Source: Cystobasidiomycetes sp. EMM_F5 (taxonomy: Eukaryota). Taken from it: DNA of 64,000 nt. This document shows positions 1-14,401 of this stretch, piece after piece. A program made the position numbers and the translations under genes. The DNA is taken from the NCBI GenBank assembly GCA_051047955.1, contig JBPGPT010000016.1:186001-250000 (forward strand). Direction: 5' to 3'. How positions within the stretch are numbered: the first letter of the stretch is position 1; each line of letters begins with the position of its first letter. The notes under the pieces are model-generated. The model was given only the letters and a program-made list of their open reading frames with translations. It was not told the DNA's origin and made no database searches.

Positions 1-2738
1 TTCTTTCGTCAGTGTCTTGAGCTTTTGAACAAGCGTATACGGAATTTTTTGCGGTGGCTTGCCCGCCGCGAGCGCCCTCTGATTGATGCGTTGCCATTTA
101 CGGTACTGAGCATCGATTTCGCGTAATTCGGCCTTGGCTTCACGCTGTTTTTTATCAGCAGCATCAATCTGTCGAATGGGTTCGCGCAGTCCTTGTATGG
201 ATCGTGAGAAGGCAGACTGCCTGACTGCAGCCAGCCGTAGGTACTCCAACATCGGACGCAGAGCCGGCGTCTGCATCATTGTGACCAGATGAGCATCCAG
301 CATGCATGTAAGAAACATCAATAAGCGGTCCATGCGCGGCCTTGAAGCGCCCACTGCATCGTTTGCAACGCCTTTGATCATATCGCCATCTTCCAACCAC
401 AACGCGAGGACTGGTAGAATTTCAAGGAGCTCTTGACTTCTAAGCCTGGCCTTCATTGCCGATTTGAGTGCAGCAGGAGTAGTCCTGTGATTGACGATAT
501 CGCAGACGACAGCCAAGTTCGGCACGGAACCTTCCAATCCGCGACCAATCACAGCTCTGAGTGCGTTCATGAGCGAGTCTTCTGTAATGTCCATTAGATT
601 CTTTACAGCCAAGGATAGCGTTTCCGCTTGGTTTGCATGACAAGTCCCTGCGACCAGGCCCGGCGGCGTATACATACAGTCCATGACATTCTCATTCACA
701 AGCAAGATATCAATGGTGGTCTTCGCTAGTACGCTTCGCGTAATGTTGGGGTCGGATAGCAGTGGAACGGCCAACGCCAACAATTTCCTAATGACGCGGG
801 GTGGCAATCCGGTCACACTCGCCTTGTCACCGCGTGCCTCTCGCGAGCGTCGCTCGTAGTAAGTTTCGAAAGTCTGATGAACTTCTGCAGGATCTTGTAT
901 GTCGCCCTGGTTTGTTAACATCCTTTCCAGTATATGCGATAATTCTTCTGTTTCAGCTGGATCTGATCGCTCTGAATGATCCACCGAGGAAGGCGGCCTA
1001 CTTGCGGCTATATCTTGGGTAATATAGTGCATGTATTGCTGTTGTTTGCCAACAAGATCCGCTAAGACACTGCTCACTGGCACAGTGCAGGATACCGCAT
1101 GTAGTGTTGCCCGGCTAACGGAGGTCTGGCTGATTGAGGCGGCCGACACCGCTATAGTCGCATAATCAAATCTTGCAAGAGTGATCCGCAAAGGGCGAGA
1201 CATATCAACTGACTCGTTGTTGCCCGCGATTGCCACTCTGCTATCAGCAAGGATGAGGCCATACGGGACGTTATATAGAAATAAACGGACGTCGTTAGCT
1301 TTTGCGTCCAGTCCGACTACAACAGCCAGATCCGACACCGCTGTTTCTGAAGGGATGTCGGTCGTTGCCGCGACTGAGTCGGACAGGCTCGCAGGTAGGG
1401 CTAGCATTCCACAAGTAGTGATTTGTAGCGCCGTGCTTGCCAGTCGTTGCACGCGAACAGAGACGGCATGGAAGTACTCATCGGCATTCGTTTGCAGATC
1501 CATCATATTTTCCAGCGTCTTAGGTCGTACACTATCATTAGAGCGATCCAGTTTGAAGGTATGCAGTTCCCCTCCTAGACCTATACATCTGATATCAGTA
1601 TTGTGCGAAGGCGCACTGCAAACAACGCCTTACTCAGCGTGGTGACATGTCCATGACTCGTCATAACAGCATCGACTATATTTGCAGCGGGGAGGTTGGC
1701 ACACCCCACTCTGCGCAACTCCGAGGTGTGCGGGTGCAATGCCAAGAAATGGACCGAGGACGATGAAGGAGAGGCAAATTTGGCGTCAGGGTCGTCTGCT
1801 GACCTCACGCGACCTTTCTTGTCCGCCTTCTTGTTTTTGGCCTTGCTTTGCGGGACCACAGATCTTGTCGTGATGAGCGGAAAGACGTCCGACGCGCTAA
1901 CAATGTGTAGAAACGGCAACGTTCTCGTCGTCATTGAGGGTTGCCAATGGAAATTATACTTCGACCCTGTCTCTGCCTCACTGGTCAAGCTCATTGAGAT
2001 GGTATTGCGTACTGCGAGGTTCCAAGCGATTGTATGAATGTTACCATCAGCGGTGCACACCAGGACAGACTGCGGAATTTGTGATGCATTGAGCGAAACG
2101 ATTTCTGAGTCAAACTGTAGGCATCATTGGGAAATCAGCCTGCTATGCCGGCAAGAGGACAATGTCAACGAGTGTACTAACCTCCGCTTCGGTCTTTACG
2201 GCCTCGCCTTCACTGCTTCCATCCTTGCGCTCCTGTTCAGTCCAGCACCATAGTTCACACCTGCTACTGCCTTCTTCTGGCTTGACACCGACAAAGGTCT
2301 TGCGATGTCGCAAAGCATTTGCAGCTTCATAAGTCGAAGGTCCCGCCGCAGCTTCATCTAGCACAGATGCAGAGCTGTAGGATATCGATACTGCTGCGCA
2401 CGAAAAGACTGTGCGTGGGCTGACGGTGTACGAAGCCAGCGGCGACTGGTCGGCAACCTGTACGAAATTTCAAGACAACACAACCGAGTGAGCAAAACCT
2501 TCAGTCTGCAGCGCGACAATCCAGACCGTGCGCAGCTCACATCAATCAAGTGTACGCCGTTGCGCTGTACGCTGACGACTGCTACGCTGCGGTGCGCCTT
2601 CTGTTTCGTTTGGCTCGCCTTGCCGTCATTATTCGTTACATAGACGAGTCTGCTTGCTTGCAGCACGTACGGGTCGTGCGTAGCTTCATTATCAATGCTG
2701 TAGGATGACAGTAGGAAAGGCTCGTCGATGGAAGCCAT
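1..2738 (-). CDS. Multi-exon protein, possibly Utp8/NOL11-like SSU processome factor; 3' end runs off the left edge of the window
   Basis: ATG at 2738 gives MASIDEPFLLSSY...AVVSVQRNGVHLID, which resembles fungal Utp8-type N-termini. Minus-strand coding frames continue through 1581-2060 and to position 1 (...LEYLRLAAVRQ...QKLKTLTKE). Confidence 0.45.
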
Positions 2739-3001
2739 AGTAGTGTCGTTTGGCAGCAGAAAGAGAAGACGGACTGGTCTCGAAAAAACATTTGTGCTTT
2801 GACAAAACTTATCAGAGCTCAACGAATGCACTGTTGCGAATTACGACGCCTTCAAAGGATGCTAATCTAATTACTTTTGGGTAAAGTGATGTATTGTCCA
2901 TCTTTTGTTTCATCGAATGTGCATGACTTCATCGTTGTCATACACACTGTCGGGGGACTGTGAAAGCCATACCGTACTCAGCGCAATGCAACATATTCGC
3001 C

Positions 3002-5481
3002 CTAGCCTTGTATGTAAGGACTCACAAGACCTAAGGCTGTCAGCGAGCTTGTCGAATTTGACGGAGCGGCATCGTAGCAATACTGCTGCATGCAAGCATT
3101 GCACTGCGATGTGCGTGTGATGTTCGCTGCTTGGCGACGACGTTCCACCAGTGCGCAAGCCATGCAGACGCCATACTGGCTGTCGCGGCTGTTCAAAGAC
3201 GATGTATTGTAGCCAAGAATTTGGGTGTTGTACATCGAATTAAGGAAAGACTGTGCGTCCGAGCGGGAATACTCCAGTGTGTACGTCGACACATTCGTCT
3301 GGTACCCGCTTGCCTGAGGTCTATTCGGAATATAGCTTTTGATCAAGAAGAGATAGTCAGAGGCGTACAAGGAACCAACAAGTGTTGGACTCACATGACC
3401 AGAGGCATCTGCGCAGCAATCTCTGCAACGGTGGCATTGCATCCAAAGAATGTAGGTCTTTGATTGAGGCGCTGGCTAACGAAAGTCTCTGCGCTTGGGA
3501 AGTAAGGGAGAGTCTGCTCGCCTTGAAGCAGAGTCTTCGACCGTGCATATGATGCTCGGAGAGAAGTGCCGTTTGGCCAGTATTGATCTGTGTCCGCAGA
3601 AGCATCGATGGCGATGATAGTATCCACGTGTCGTGCTTTCACAAGCAAGGGGTCGAGGGGAATGCTGGATGACTCGCGTCAGCCTCAAGTACAGGAAGCT
3701 TGGCATGAGCGCTCACTTTGCGCCTGCTTCACCACCATCAACGAGCTGTAGGCCGTCATCGTTTGAGCGAGGGAAAACGCCAGGGTTGATGCCCTGGAAA
3801 GGGTTGGGATAGATTGCGAGATCATCCTATAACGAGTATCAGCGGCTAAGACCAGCACTATACAACAGGTCACGCACCTCAGAATCCCGAAGGTCCGAAC
3901 CGATACCTGCCAGTAGATCATCAAGGAGTGACTCAACGAGACCGTTGCCATCACCAAGGCCCAGCAGAGTAGCATTCGCTGTTTGTATGATGGCGTTGAA
4001 GAGCGAAGATGACGTGCCTATAGTGTAGCCAAACTATGCATGTCGTATCAGTCTCTTGTCTTGCGCGCAATTTCATAGATAGCTCTGCGCGACGCTCACG
4101 TTGGAGAAGCCATTGATGCATCCAGTGGAGTTGTAGGGTTGTCCGTTGACTAAATTCGTACCGACGTAGTCCAGCTCGACGAAATGCGCGAGACCTGCAT
4201 CCCAACTGCCAAAATCATACGGATTGAACTCGTAGACTGTGCTGTTTAGCGGAATGTAGACTGTCGATAGGTTGAGTGCGATAGGATAGTAATTCGGCGG
4301 ACGAGAATCTGCAACAATGGCCTGCATTATTGGTGCGTTAGCCGGTACACGTAAAGCGGGCAAACCCAGATGTACTGACGGGGAATGGCATGCTGTAATT
4401 CTGGAAATAAGAGGTATTCCGGATGGCACTCCATTGCGTGGGTGTATTGTGCTGCGTCTGGCTTTCGCTGCAAGGTTCAGGCAAGCGCAATCTCAGCCTG
4501 TTGTCATTGGCATTTGGAATGAAAGGGCCTGACTGACTTGTAGAAGTTATCGGCGGTCGTTCCACCAGGGCCAAAATGATATGCCAGAGCAACGCCCCAA
4601 ACATCCGTTATTGAAACATTGAAACCAGCGTTCTCCTTGAGTTCCACGTTCATTGATATCGAGTCGTAATAGTCTTTGTCATTGAAAATACCGGTGATGC
4701 CGTCAGGTAGTACTAGATTGTACTCCAGAAACCATCTAAAGTTTGAGAGCAAGTTATTAGACATTCCGCTGTGGTAGTGTACTGAATGCACTCACCCTTG
4801 TTTACCGTTGCCGCCCAAAACAAGGTCTTGGATAGCGGGGAAGTTGTTGACTGCCATACTGCTGACGAACCAGCTACCTCCAGACAGACCAGTCATATAG
4901 CTTGCTGTTTGCAGGATCCCACCCGTCCCCGCAGAAACTGCAGTAGCATTTCTCCCATCAAATGCGTCGAACACGCCTGCCCCAACGAGGGCCGCGCGGA
5001 AGCCACCTCCTGAAGCAGCTATACCTACATTTGGCCCTGTCGACGGTTCATCACGGAGAAGAATCAAGATCAGTCCGAATTTTCTTACATATGACGGTGA
5101 AATTGCTCGGCCAAGCAGCATTTGCCACTCACAGTACGAACTGTTTGGCGCAAGAGCGCTCAAGTTGTACCCAGTATCATGCCGCGAGAGGTATGTCTGG
5201 AAACCTTGCGCAATCTGAGTAGATTTGAGCCGCTGGACATATGAAGCTTCCTGCGGATTCAGTGTTTGATTGCTAGTTTGACTGGTCCCTGCATTGCGTA
5301 GAAGACTGCGGTTGGGACAGGTGCTACACGAGAAAGCTGTGAATCAGCTAAAAATGTGTCCAATTCAACATGCTCGCACCTACACATTCACGGGCCTGTA
5401 GCTGTTGATTGCGACCTGTTGACCGTTGACCGAAAGAGGCAATGCTAGAGCCGCTGCGACGACAGCTGTCAGAGCCAACAT
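3002..5481 (-). CDS. Secreted lysophospholipase / phospholipase B (PLA2c domain), multi-exon
   Basis: Signal peptide MLALTAVVAAALAL; motifs IAASGGGFRAAL, catalytic GLSGGSW, YEFNPYDFGSWD, IAIDASAD, NQRPTFFGC; hydrophobic C-terminus that may be a GPI signal. Confidence 0.92.
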
Positions 5482-5840
5482 TTGCACAACGGCGTCGAAG
5501 CTAATCCAGAGAGCTAGAGGCGGCGTCCAGCACTTGTAGAAGCAGAAAGAAAGCTCGCCAGATGCGCCTCTTTACAGAAAATGCCTATGCTCTCATATAC
5601 GTGGACAAAGCCCTCAAATGCGGTCCGTCGGTCGATCACCACCTGAAGCCGGTAGCTACCAGGGCAAGGAGCTTGCAGTAAGACTGAGATACCCTGATAC
5701 TGGACAATACCATACTGCGCTCGGAGAGCGCTGCTGTGCTCTGGCAGTCCATGGCTCTGCGGGAGGCAATGGATGGCTGTGATGAAACTGCATGCGCAGT
5801 GAAGCCAGGAAGTCAAGGCGTGAAGCTCGTATGCAGAAGG

Positions 5841-6854
5841 ATGTCGTGGGCGAACACGAGGTTACTCGGGCTGCTGGTACTCTTTGTCCTGGTGGCCGCG
5901 TGTGTCGGCAACAGCAGCAGCCCTGTCGTCGAGCTGGACAATGCAAACTATCGAGAAGTACTCTCGACAAGCAGCCCGGAAGACGTCTGGATAGTGCACG
6001 TAACGAGCGAGCAGGTGGGTGCTGGACATGCTTTGCTAGTACGAAGCTCATCGCGTACATTGCATTTCGTTGCTGCAGACCTCTGCAATCAACCGAGAAG
6101 TCTGGTCAAATGTCATGGCCGAGCACGGAGAGAAGCTCGGCGCACGTTACAGACTTGCGACGATCGATTACGACGGCCCGACAGAGGTAGTGCTGACACA
6201 GTGGGGCGTCTGGCGGTAGGTCGCATCGTTTATATCCTGATAAGGTTTCGAGAATACGGGCAATTCTGAGATTTGAAATCTGATACTCGCGACCGTCCAC
6301 AGTACTCCTTACTTGGTTGTCGTGAGAGACCAAGGACGTACTCTCAACTTTCTATCGGCACGCACGCTGTCCAACCGGGCCGAGCAGTTATACTTGTTGT
6401 TCGAGACAGACGCCTGGCAAGAGTACAGCGTGCCATGGACAGGTCCTCTTGCCCCAGGCGGATGGTTGTGCGCCTCTCGTATTCCTATTAGCTCCACGCC
6501 GGGTCTAATGCTAGTCCTGCAGATATCCCTATATGGGCAAAGTCGGCGAGGGCTTTGCCTTCTTCCACAGTACTATCGGTCGGCTACCGTCGTGGCGTAA
6601 GCGTCTGCAGCAGGCTCCACTACATGCTGTCTGACTGATATAGTCTCGCCGGTACAGTGGTCTTCATCCTGGCCGCCGGAATTGGAAAGCTATTGCGCGA
6701 CTCGATTCATCGTGATCGATTACGCGCTACAGAGCAGTATACACAGACCTCCGCATCCGCTCCTTCAGACTCCAGCAAATCTGCCGACGCAAAACAAAAG
6801 CCGAAAGCGGAGGCGCCATCTGCACCGGTATCGGAATCCAAGAAGACCCAGTAG
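5841..6854 (+). CDS. Thioredoxin-like-fold membrane protein with signal peptide, no CxxC motif
   Basis: Signal peptide, then VVELDNANY, VWIVHVT, WGVWR-TPYLVVV, PWTGPLAPGG, a hydrophobic segment and a basic tail ending KKTQ. Four GT-AG introns inferred. Confidence 0.6.
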
Positions 6855-6882
6855 ACCAAAGTAAAGGAGCATATTTACCAGG

Positions 6883-8802
6883 TCATGAAGTAGCATTCCC
6901 GCGCCAGACGTCGACCAGTTTCTGACTAGCGCGGACGATCTGCTCTGCCAATTCGGACCCTTCTGCTCCAACTAGGCCTGTATGGCACAGTAACGCTCTC
7001 AGATCGTCTAAAAGTAATGACCAGCGGGGAGCGGACCACTTGGAAACAGTTTCTGGTGAAAGACCGTTTGCCGGAAAGGAAGCTAGCAATGAGGGGAATT
7101 TGCTAGGAGAAAATGATATCACAGATGACGCTCTCGTAGAGGTCAAATCAGGCGAGTTCGCAATTCCTCCGGATGTGCTGGCGCGTGGTGAGGCAGCGGA
7201 TGATACTCGATTCGATGTAGTGCCACCCTTGGCAGAAGACGCAGCCCAGCGAGAGGCAGACAAGCCTACCGCGCCTCCAGGTGAATCTGCATGCGAACCA
7301 CTAGATGTGGAGGCGGAGAGACTAGACTTTGTTGGCGATGATTCGAAGCTTGCTGGGCCATATTTAGAAACGGCCTCCATTCTACGTTGTTTACTGGCAT
7401 ATTCGTCCGCTATATTCCGAAAGATGTCTCGCCAGTGTACATCTAGCAGTCTGAGCGTACTGTAAGCAGACCATGTTCTGCAATCTGTCAACCTAGCGTT
7501 CCCGCTGTTGCCGTTTGGACTCCCGTGCTGGGCTGCGCTAAATGCCGATTCGTGCTGTAAAATATATGTGTAAAGGCTCTCTTGCTCGTTTGCCAGTACG
7601 CGGAAAAGAACGGCATGCACTGGCGGCGCGAGAAGCGCTCTGACTGTTGCGTCAAGTAGATTGAGCAACTCCATCGGGAATTGCGGAAAAGGTTTAGACT
7701 GCAGAGCCGCCATCAGATCTCGCATAGCCAATACAGAAGCGCTGTCGTTTGAGGGGACTCGGGTCATTGGAGCAGACGGCGAAGTTTGCATGGCGATATC
7801 TTCTCGCGCCACCTGCTCTGCACGCAAGGTTTCGAAATGCGCCGGTAGATCAGGATGCAGCTTGGCAAGGAATTTTGTTGGATCGGCATCGCAAGGTTCG
7901 TAAGACAAGGTCGTAATGTCTGAATGAGACGGTGTTTAGCTTGATGCATACCACTCTAGAGACGCCAGCTTACTGAAAGTTTTTGCGAACGCCGACAAGG
8001 CAAGATCATCGCTGAGAATGCCTGTTTGTCTCTTGTTTGTTGCCCACCAGGATGCGCAATCGATAATTTGCTCGTCATTCGAGAGCAAACGCACACCGAC
8101 GCCCTGAATGCGACTTTCGTTCGGAAGTTTCTGTACGCGAACCAGATCTGGCCGGGTGTCCAAATGCACGGAAAGAAAGTGAATTGCTCGCCGAGCGAGC
8201 TTTCCTAAGGTCAGGGTGGGTATTGCAGTGTTTGAATCGTTGTTTTCGACAGGGGCGATTGAGGACTTTAATCCATCGAGCTCGCGCAGTACAATTTGTG
8301 CTGGAGAGAAAGGTGAGTTCGTGCGAGATACGCTTATACGTGTGTCGCTCACGTAATATGAAGACTACCGGCGACACTACAGAAGTTATCGGAATGAACG
8401 CAACCATGTGTAGGAAGAATGCCAGGTGTGATATAAGCCAGTTTGTGTCTAGGACAGAGTAAGTACACGCTATTAGCGTACACTTGGGACGAGCGTACCG
8501 ATGACGAGCAGGATGGTCGTTTCAGGAACGCTGTCGCTGTTCTTTGAACCGTGGGCAAGTCTTGAGAGGTCTCCTAAGTGATCTAAACCCTCATCAAGAT
8601 GGTTCTGACGTCCTTCTCGCGTATTTCCTCGAATATCATTTGCAACAGCATGCTGGTTGGCATAACTGACTTCGTCGATTTCCGTCCCAATTGAGGCCTC
8701 AATCACCGAGTCCGTACGAGCGTCAATCACCAGCTTGACTGGAGCCAACGGACCCGCTGTGCTTCCCCCATTTGCAGCGCTCCAGTCTGCATACGTTGGC
8801 AT
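6883..8802 (-). CDS. PIN-domain RNA endonuclease, SWT1-like
   Basis: Manual splicing gives LLVI-DTNWLISHL...FILP-QIVLRELDGLK...ARRAIHFL...NDEQIIDCA...ILSDDLAL, the PIN_4/Swt1 acidic motifs. Confidence 0.75.
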
Positions 8803-9065
8803 GATTCTGGCTTGTTCCGGAGTTGAGGGTTTGCATGCAGCATGCTCAGTTGCAAGACAGATGTCCTAGACAGTGCATCATTATGCAGGTAGGGTTGGCT
8901 TGAAACAGACCAGAATTCGGCAGACGCCTTTTGTGTTGACGTTGCTTGCCACCAAACGCCGTCATCTTGCAATCTCACCCACGTCTTTCACTTCGGGTGC
9001 ATGCAAACCATGGAGTCTGAATAATTTCCGTCTGCAATGCTCCCACGCAAGCAGTGACTGTAGCC

Positions 9066-11115
9066 ATGCAGACTCCGCCAGATATGACGCCCATGAGCTC
9101 GCGGCAACCAAACTTGTTGGCCAGCCAGACCAACAGCCGGCCAGCATATAGACAAGCTGTTGCAGATATCCATGCTCTTCTGTACAATACTGCCGACCGC
9201 GGCGGAGCAGTTGACGGGCAGGATGTCGAGGAAATTGTATCGGAACTTTACGAGTGAGCATTCTATACAGAGCCTGACGACATCGCACTTCTGGCGACTA
9301 CTTTGTTGCTGCTTACTTCCTGTACCAGCATCGACGCCGTATACGAGAACCCCGTCACAACTGCCCGCGGTCGAGCCAGAATAACAGACCACTTCGCAAT
9401 GCTTGCATTGTAAGAAATACCGCTGGCAAAGTTGCGGGATACGTGATGGTCCTGACTCTCCCTTTCAGACTTCCCGGGTCTGTGCAGTCGGAAATTCAGG
9501 ATGTGTGCGAGTCGCACGACTTTAGCAAGTAGCTTCGACATGTTTTCCTTGACCAATATTGATTGCCGTCTAAACTTTAGGCGGTAACCGTTCGGTCCTC
9601 CTTTCTCATGTGCTCAACCTTCGCCTGCACATCCCAATGCTAGGTCCAGGCTATACGGCAGCGTCAGCGCTGCTTCCCACACTTTCTCGCGCGTCATCAT
9701 TTGGACATTCACGAGCAACCTCGGTAGCAACAGCTACGACTCTACATCAGTTGCGAGGACCGTCTGAAGCAACCTCTGGCCGCAATACCCCAGCAGACAG
9801 TGACGCCGCTACCCCGACCCCGGGAGATCTGGCCAGGACACGACTGACCAGCTGCGCAAGCTGGATGGATTTTTATTACGGACCAGATGCCACAGTCGAC
9901 CACGGAAGTGAGCTTCAATCATACGCGACTACTCCAGCCGCCACTCCGGGACAAAACTGGATGTACCCACAGGCGGACTTTGATGTACAGTCTTACACGC
10001 ACCCTCATCATCCCCCGCGCGATCCGCCCGGGTCCGCCATCGAAGTAGAAGACGATGATAAGACCGAGGACGGTCGTGGGTGTAATCGCCCTCGACGCCG
10101 GCCGCTTCCGAGCTACCAGCTCCACCTTGAACAACCACTCCCCAGCGGAGATGCGGATTCTCCTGAAGATGCCGAGTCTGCCGATCTTTCTGCCAACGAG
10201 ACCGCTACTCCATTCCTTGTCAGCAAGTTTACAAATCGCTTGCCCATAATACCAACTCTATTGAGGATACCAGGGAGGATCTACTCTCGTATGCCGTCGA
10301 TACCTCGACCGACCTTATCCTTACAATTGCGCATCACAACTCGCCTCGATTTCAACGATTCCCAACATATATACCATCACGAAGATCATTACTCAGTCAA
10401 GGATGTTGTAAGCGCTGTGCCTGTCTTGGGATCCTTATACACGGCAGAGCGTGTCGCATTCAGCCTGTGCGCTGGCTTCGTATGTCGATGGCTAGTCAGC
10501 GTTGCAGACACGAACAGGCAGAAGAAGCCAGATCCGATGCAAAGTCAAAGAGACCTGCGAGAACACAGATCGGCCCAATCCATGTCATATGCAGCCACAG
10601 TGGCTGACCTTCCGCATTACTCACGCCTCAATACGTACAACATCAGGAGTGCAAGTGGTACCTCGAACTTGATGCCTTTCCCTACGAGCGAAGGCAAGGA
10701 AGCTTGGGCGCCTGATGGAGATGGGCGTGAAAGTGGAGGGCTATTACTAGACCTTGGCGAGAGCTTCAGCGTCGGACGGATCCGTCAGACATCGAATAAT
10801 TCCACCATTCGAAGCTCGAGCAGCTCATTTCCGCAGGCCGGAACGACTCCATCTCCTACAAGAAGCAGATTCGGATTGGGCAGTATGAGTAAGAGCAAAG
10901 TCGCCGCGCCCAAGACCAGCCGAGGTTTGAGCTACATGGGTTCAAGGGAGGCCGCACTGCCCGTAATGACCAGCGGCGACGAATCGCTGGCTCATCTAGG
11001 ACGGGAATCTGCTGTTTCCAAGCTACAAGCGCTAGGCATGCAGCCTAAGCACAGCTACCAGGAGACTGCCGCCAGACGCAGTGACAATGTCAGCCCAGAC
11101 ATCGATGGGCCGTAG
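9066..11115 (+). CDS. Hypothetical protein with N-terminal SnoaL/NTF2-like motif and long low-complexity regions
   Basis: Spliced N-terminus ...IVSELY-DIDAVYENPVTTARGRARITDHFAML joins the 501-aa ORF through a GC-AG intron at 9525-9580. Confidence 0.6.
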
Positions 11116-11337
11116 TAGGGCATCTTTAGTCTGCTCCATTTGCTGCTAGTGCCGAATCAGCGTTCACGTCGGACATCCCGGCGGCTGCTTTTTGTATAGA
11201 TAACTCACGTGTAGCAATGGCAACATGTTCTCAGGCATTTCGCTCGGCTTCTGTGAAGGGTGGCGGACTTTCCCAACTCCAGCTATATTACTGCATTATC
11301 AATTTCAAGCACCACGTCTTTCTTCTCAATGGCGAAC

Positions 11338-12678
11338 TTACTTCTGATACCCAGTGGCTTGCAGTGCGGTCAAAGCTATGTCCTCGTGTACTTTCTGCGT
11401 CTTTCGAGCGTCGCCCTGCTCAGACGATCCGCCTGGACCATACAAGGTCTGCCATATTCTGATACAGTCATGCAGATGAGATGGGTGCGAGCAACCAACA
11501 ACGACAGGTGTATCGAGACCTCCCCGAGATACTGGAAGGGAGCTTTTCAAAGCGAACCCAAGTGCAACTGCCTGTATCGTAGTTGCGGCAGCATCTGTAG
11601 ATCTATGCTCTAATTGCTCGTTGATCTCCAGACAGGCATCCCGTAATGGCTGCGGGGCTAGATGCCAATATGGCGGCCCAGCAGACGTCAGCAACCCCAT
11701 ATTCAACGGGGACGCGTTGGTAACATGCGTTACGCCCGCTTCGCGAAACAACTGAATCTGATAAAGAATCAGAAGAAGCATATTTGTGTTAAATCTTGTT
11801 GTCAGAACATACGAATTCCGAAAGGCTTGTATTTTGCAGGTTGAAATGAGAGTATGTTTGTACGACATCGACCGCTCCGATCTTGTCCCGAATGAGACGA
11901 GCCAAACGCAGAAGGGTGGGAAGTGGATAGCCCGCCAAGCCTGCATTGCGTATCTTTCCTGCTTGTTTGAGCTCCAGCAGGGTTTGGAAGGCTTGAATAA
12001 TTAGCGCGTCCCCTTTTCCGGCGACAGCAACTTTTGGCTTCCCCTCATTATACGCTCGATACGACACCAACGAGTTACCAGGACCGTTCAGATTACCGAC
12101 TGAATCCGCGATGAACTCGCAATCATGGAGATACACAATGTCGAGATAGGTCGTTTGAAATTGCGCCAAGGATGCGTCGACGCTTTTACGTATGCGAGTA
12201 GGCGAATAGTCAAACATATCCTTGTTTGCGCCGTATCGACCGCATTTTGTGATGAGAAAGTATGACTCTCTCGGGTACTTGCTAGCAATCGCCGAGCTAT
12301 TGATGGCTTTGCCGATAATGCTCTCCGAGGCTCCGTAGAACTGTCTGCCTAGTTAGTCAGACGCTATCAGATGCTCTGGCAGAGAGCATACGGGGGATGT
12401 ATCAATTGCATTGATGCCGTAGTCAAAGGCAAGTTTGATAATTTCCGCAGGCAATTCGGACTGCAGGTAGTCCTGCGAGTTATACTGAGCGCCCTGACGT
12501 TTGTGATACAAAACGAGAAATTGTCAGTAAAGGAGCATGCGACCGCTGTCTTTTGTGTCTGCGCGCTCACGAACACTCCTCCCCCTAGCACAATCGGCGG
12601 TAGTGCTAACGATCCTGACTTGACAGCGTGGTCCGAGCTACGCTCATCGTCAGGTCGCTGGATCCTGGCATGCATCAT
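11338..12678 (-). CDS. Aldo-keto reductase, D-arabinose dehydrogenase ARA2-like
   Basis: LPPIVLGGGVF, DTSP, SESIIGKA, YFLITKCGRYG, FDYSPTRIRKSV, YLDIVYLHDCEF, NASPLNMGLL. Confidence 0.85.
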
Positions 12679-12971
12679 GTTGTCGCAGTGTTGAGAGCAA
12701 GAAGAAGCTGCCTGCACCACGACGACCCTCTTGTCAAATCACGTGCAGACCGGAACGTCCGTCGCTTCAAATAGCGGTAACAAGCGGACGCTACATCGCG
12801 TCTCGGTTCCTTTCCTACTATCACGCAGACCAAGCATATGGCTAGTCTGCTCCGTCGTGGCGGGACTATACTCACAGTGGCAGGCAGCCGCCCCGCTACT
12901 AAGCGAAGGTGTGTGCTGCTCGGCAAACTCGAAATAGAGAACCACACTAATTCACAAACAGCGTCTCTACG

Positions 12972-14068
12972 ATGAAAGGTGTTTTCTTTTCTCACGAACT
13001 CCCGCAGCTGTGCGAGATACGCGACTTTGAAATTTGGAAGCCGTCATCAGACGAAATACTTATAAAGAATGTCGCGGTTGCAAGTAACCCAAAAGACTGG
13101 AAGGTGCCGTTCTGGGTACCGGAGCGGTCAGCAATAGAGGGCAACGACGTGGCAGGATACGTTGCCGAAGTTGGCGCGAGCGTCACAGGGTTCAAGAAGG
13201 GAGACAAGGTTGCCGCTTTCACGAAGATGAGGAGCGAGAGCAAGTATGGAGCGTACGCAGAATACTCCGTTTCTCCGGCCAATACGGTTTGGCATGTCGC
13301 AGACAGCACGCCCTTCGAGGATGTCGTGACACTTCCCCTGGCGGTTATGACCGCATTCATGTCGCTGTATAAATGCCTCAATCTCGAGCTACCTCCAGCA
13401 TCCGGCGAGAGAGGACATGCCTCTGGAGTTGTGGTGATCAATGGTGCATCGACCACCATCGGAATTTTCGGAGTTCAACTTGCACAACGTAGCGGGTACA
13501 AAGTAGTCGGGATTGCAGGCGGTTCCGGAGACCTTGCAAAGTCCTACGGGTACGATGCCATTATCGATTACCGCAATAAATCTTCTGCCGATATTGCCAA
13601 AGATGTCAAGACCGCAGTGCAGAAGCTGGGTGGCAATCTGGCCGGAGTTTTCGACGCGGTCAGCGATGAGAGCACAATAGAGATGATTGCATACGACATA
13701 TTACAACCTGCAGGCGGAAAAATGTCCACTGTACTACCCCCGTACGAGAATGGCGGCCTGAAGGTGGATAACGTAACACTGACTCGAAATCACGTAAGAA
13801 AATGGGTATCAGCATCATCAGCGCGCATCTGACATTTCATGGCAATGTACAGGTTGGATGGTCACACAACCAGTATGCCGACTTTGCCTCAGAATGGTAT
13901 AAGATTATAGGGGGTTGGCTCGATGATGGCTCTTTCAGGCCAATGGTGAAGAAAGTCATGCCGGACGGTCTTGATTCGGTAAAAGAAGGAATACATCTGC
14001 TCCGCAATAACAAAGTTAGCGGCCAAAAGCTGGTTTATCGAATATCGGACAGCAAATGCATCCGGTAA
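12972..14068 (+). CDS. MDR-family (enoyl-reductase-like) oxidoreductase, copy 1
   Basis: NVAVASNPKDWK, EGNDVAGYV, YGAYAEY, INGASTTIG, C-terminal VSGQKLVY; one intron starting at 13794. Confidence 0.9.
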
Positions 14069-14401
14069 ATCGATTTTCGATGTCTTCAGTATTAGCATTT
14101 GGATAGCAAAAGGGATATGAAATTTCCATATGCATTGCGTGTCAAATATCCTGAGCGAGATCTATACGGCCAAGCAATGAACGCCCGCATTAACCGGGCG
14201 TAGAAGCCAGCGTACGAGCCCGTTTATGGTGACAGCTACCCACCTTCAGCCACTCGCTGTAATATTGTCCAGGCTGCTTTCCGTCCGCGGCGCCCTCTCG
14301 CTGTGACGCTGGTGGCGTCCCCGCTTGGGCTTGACAGCTTGCTTACAGCAGAGCTGTTGCGAGACACCAGCATTGATCAAGGCTGCCAGCTGACTTCCAC
14401 C

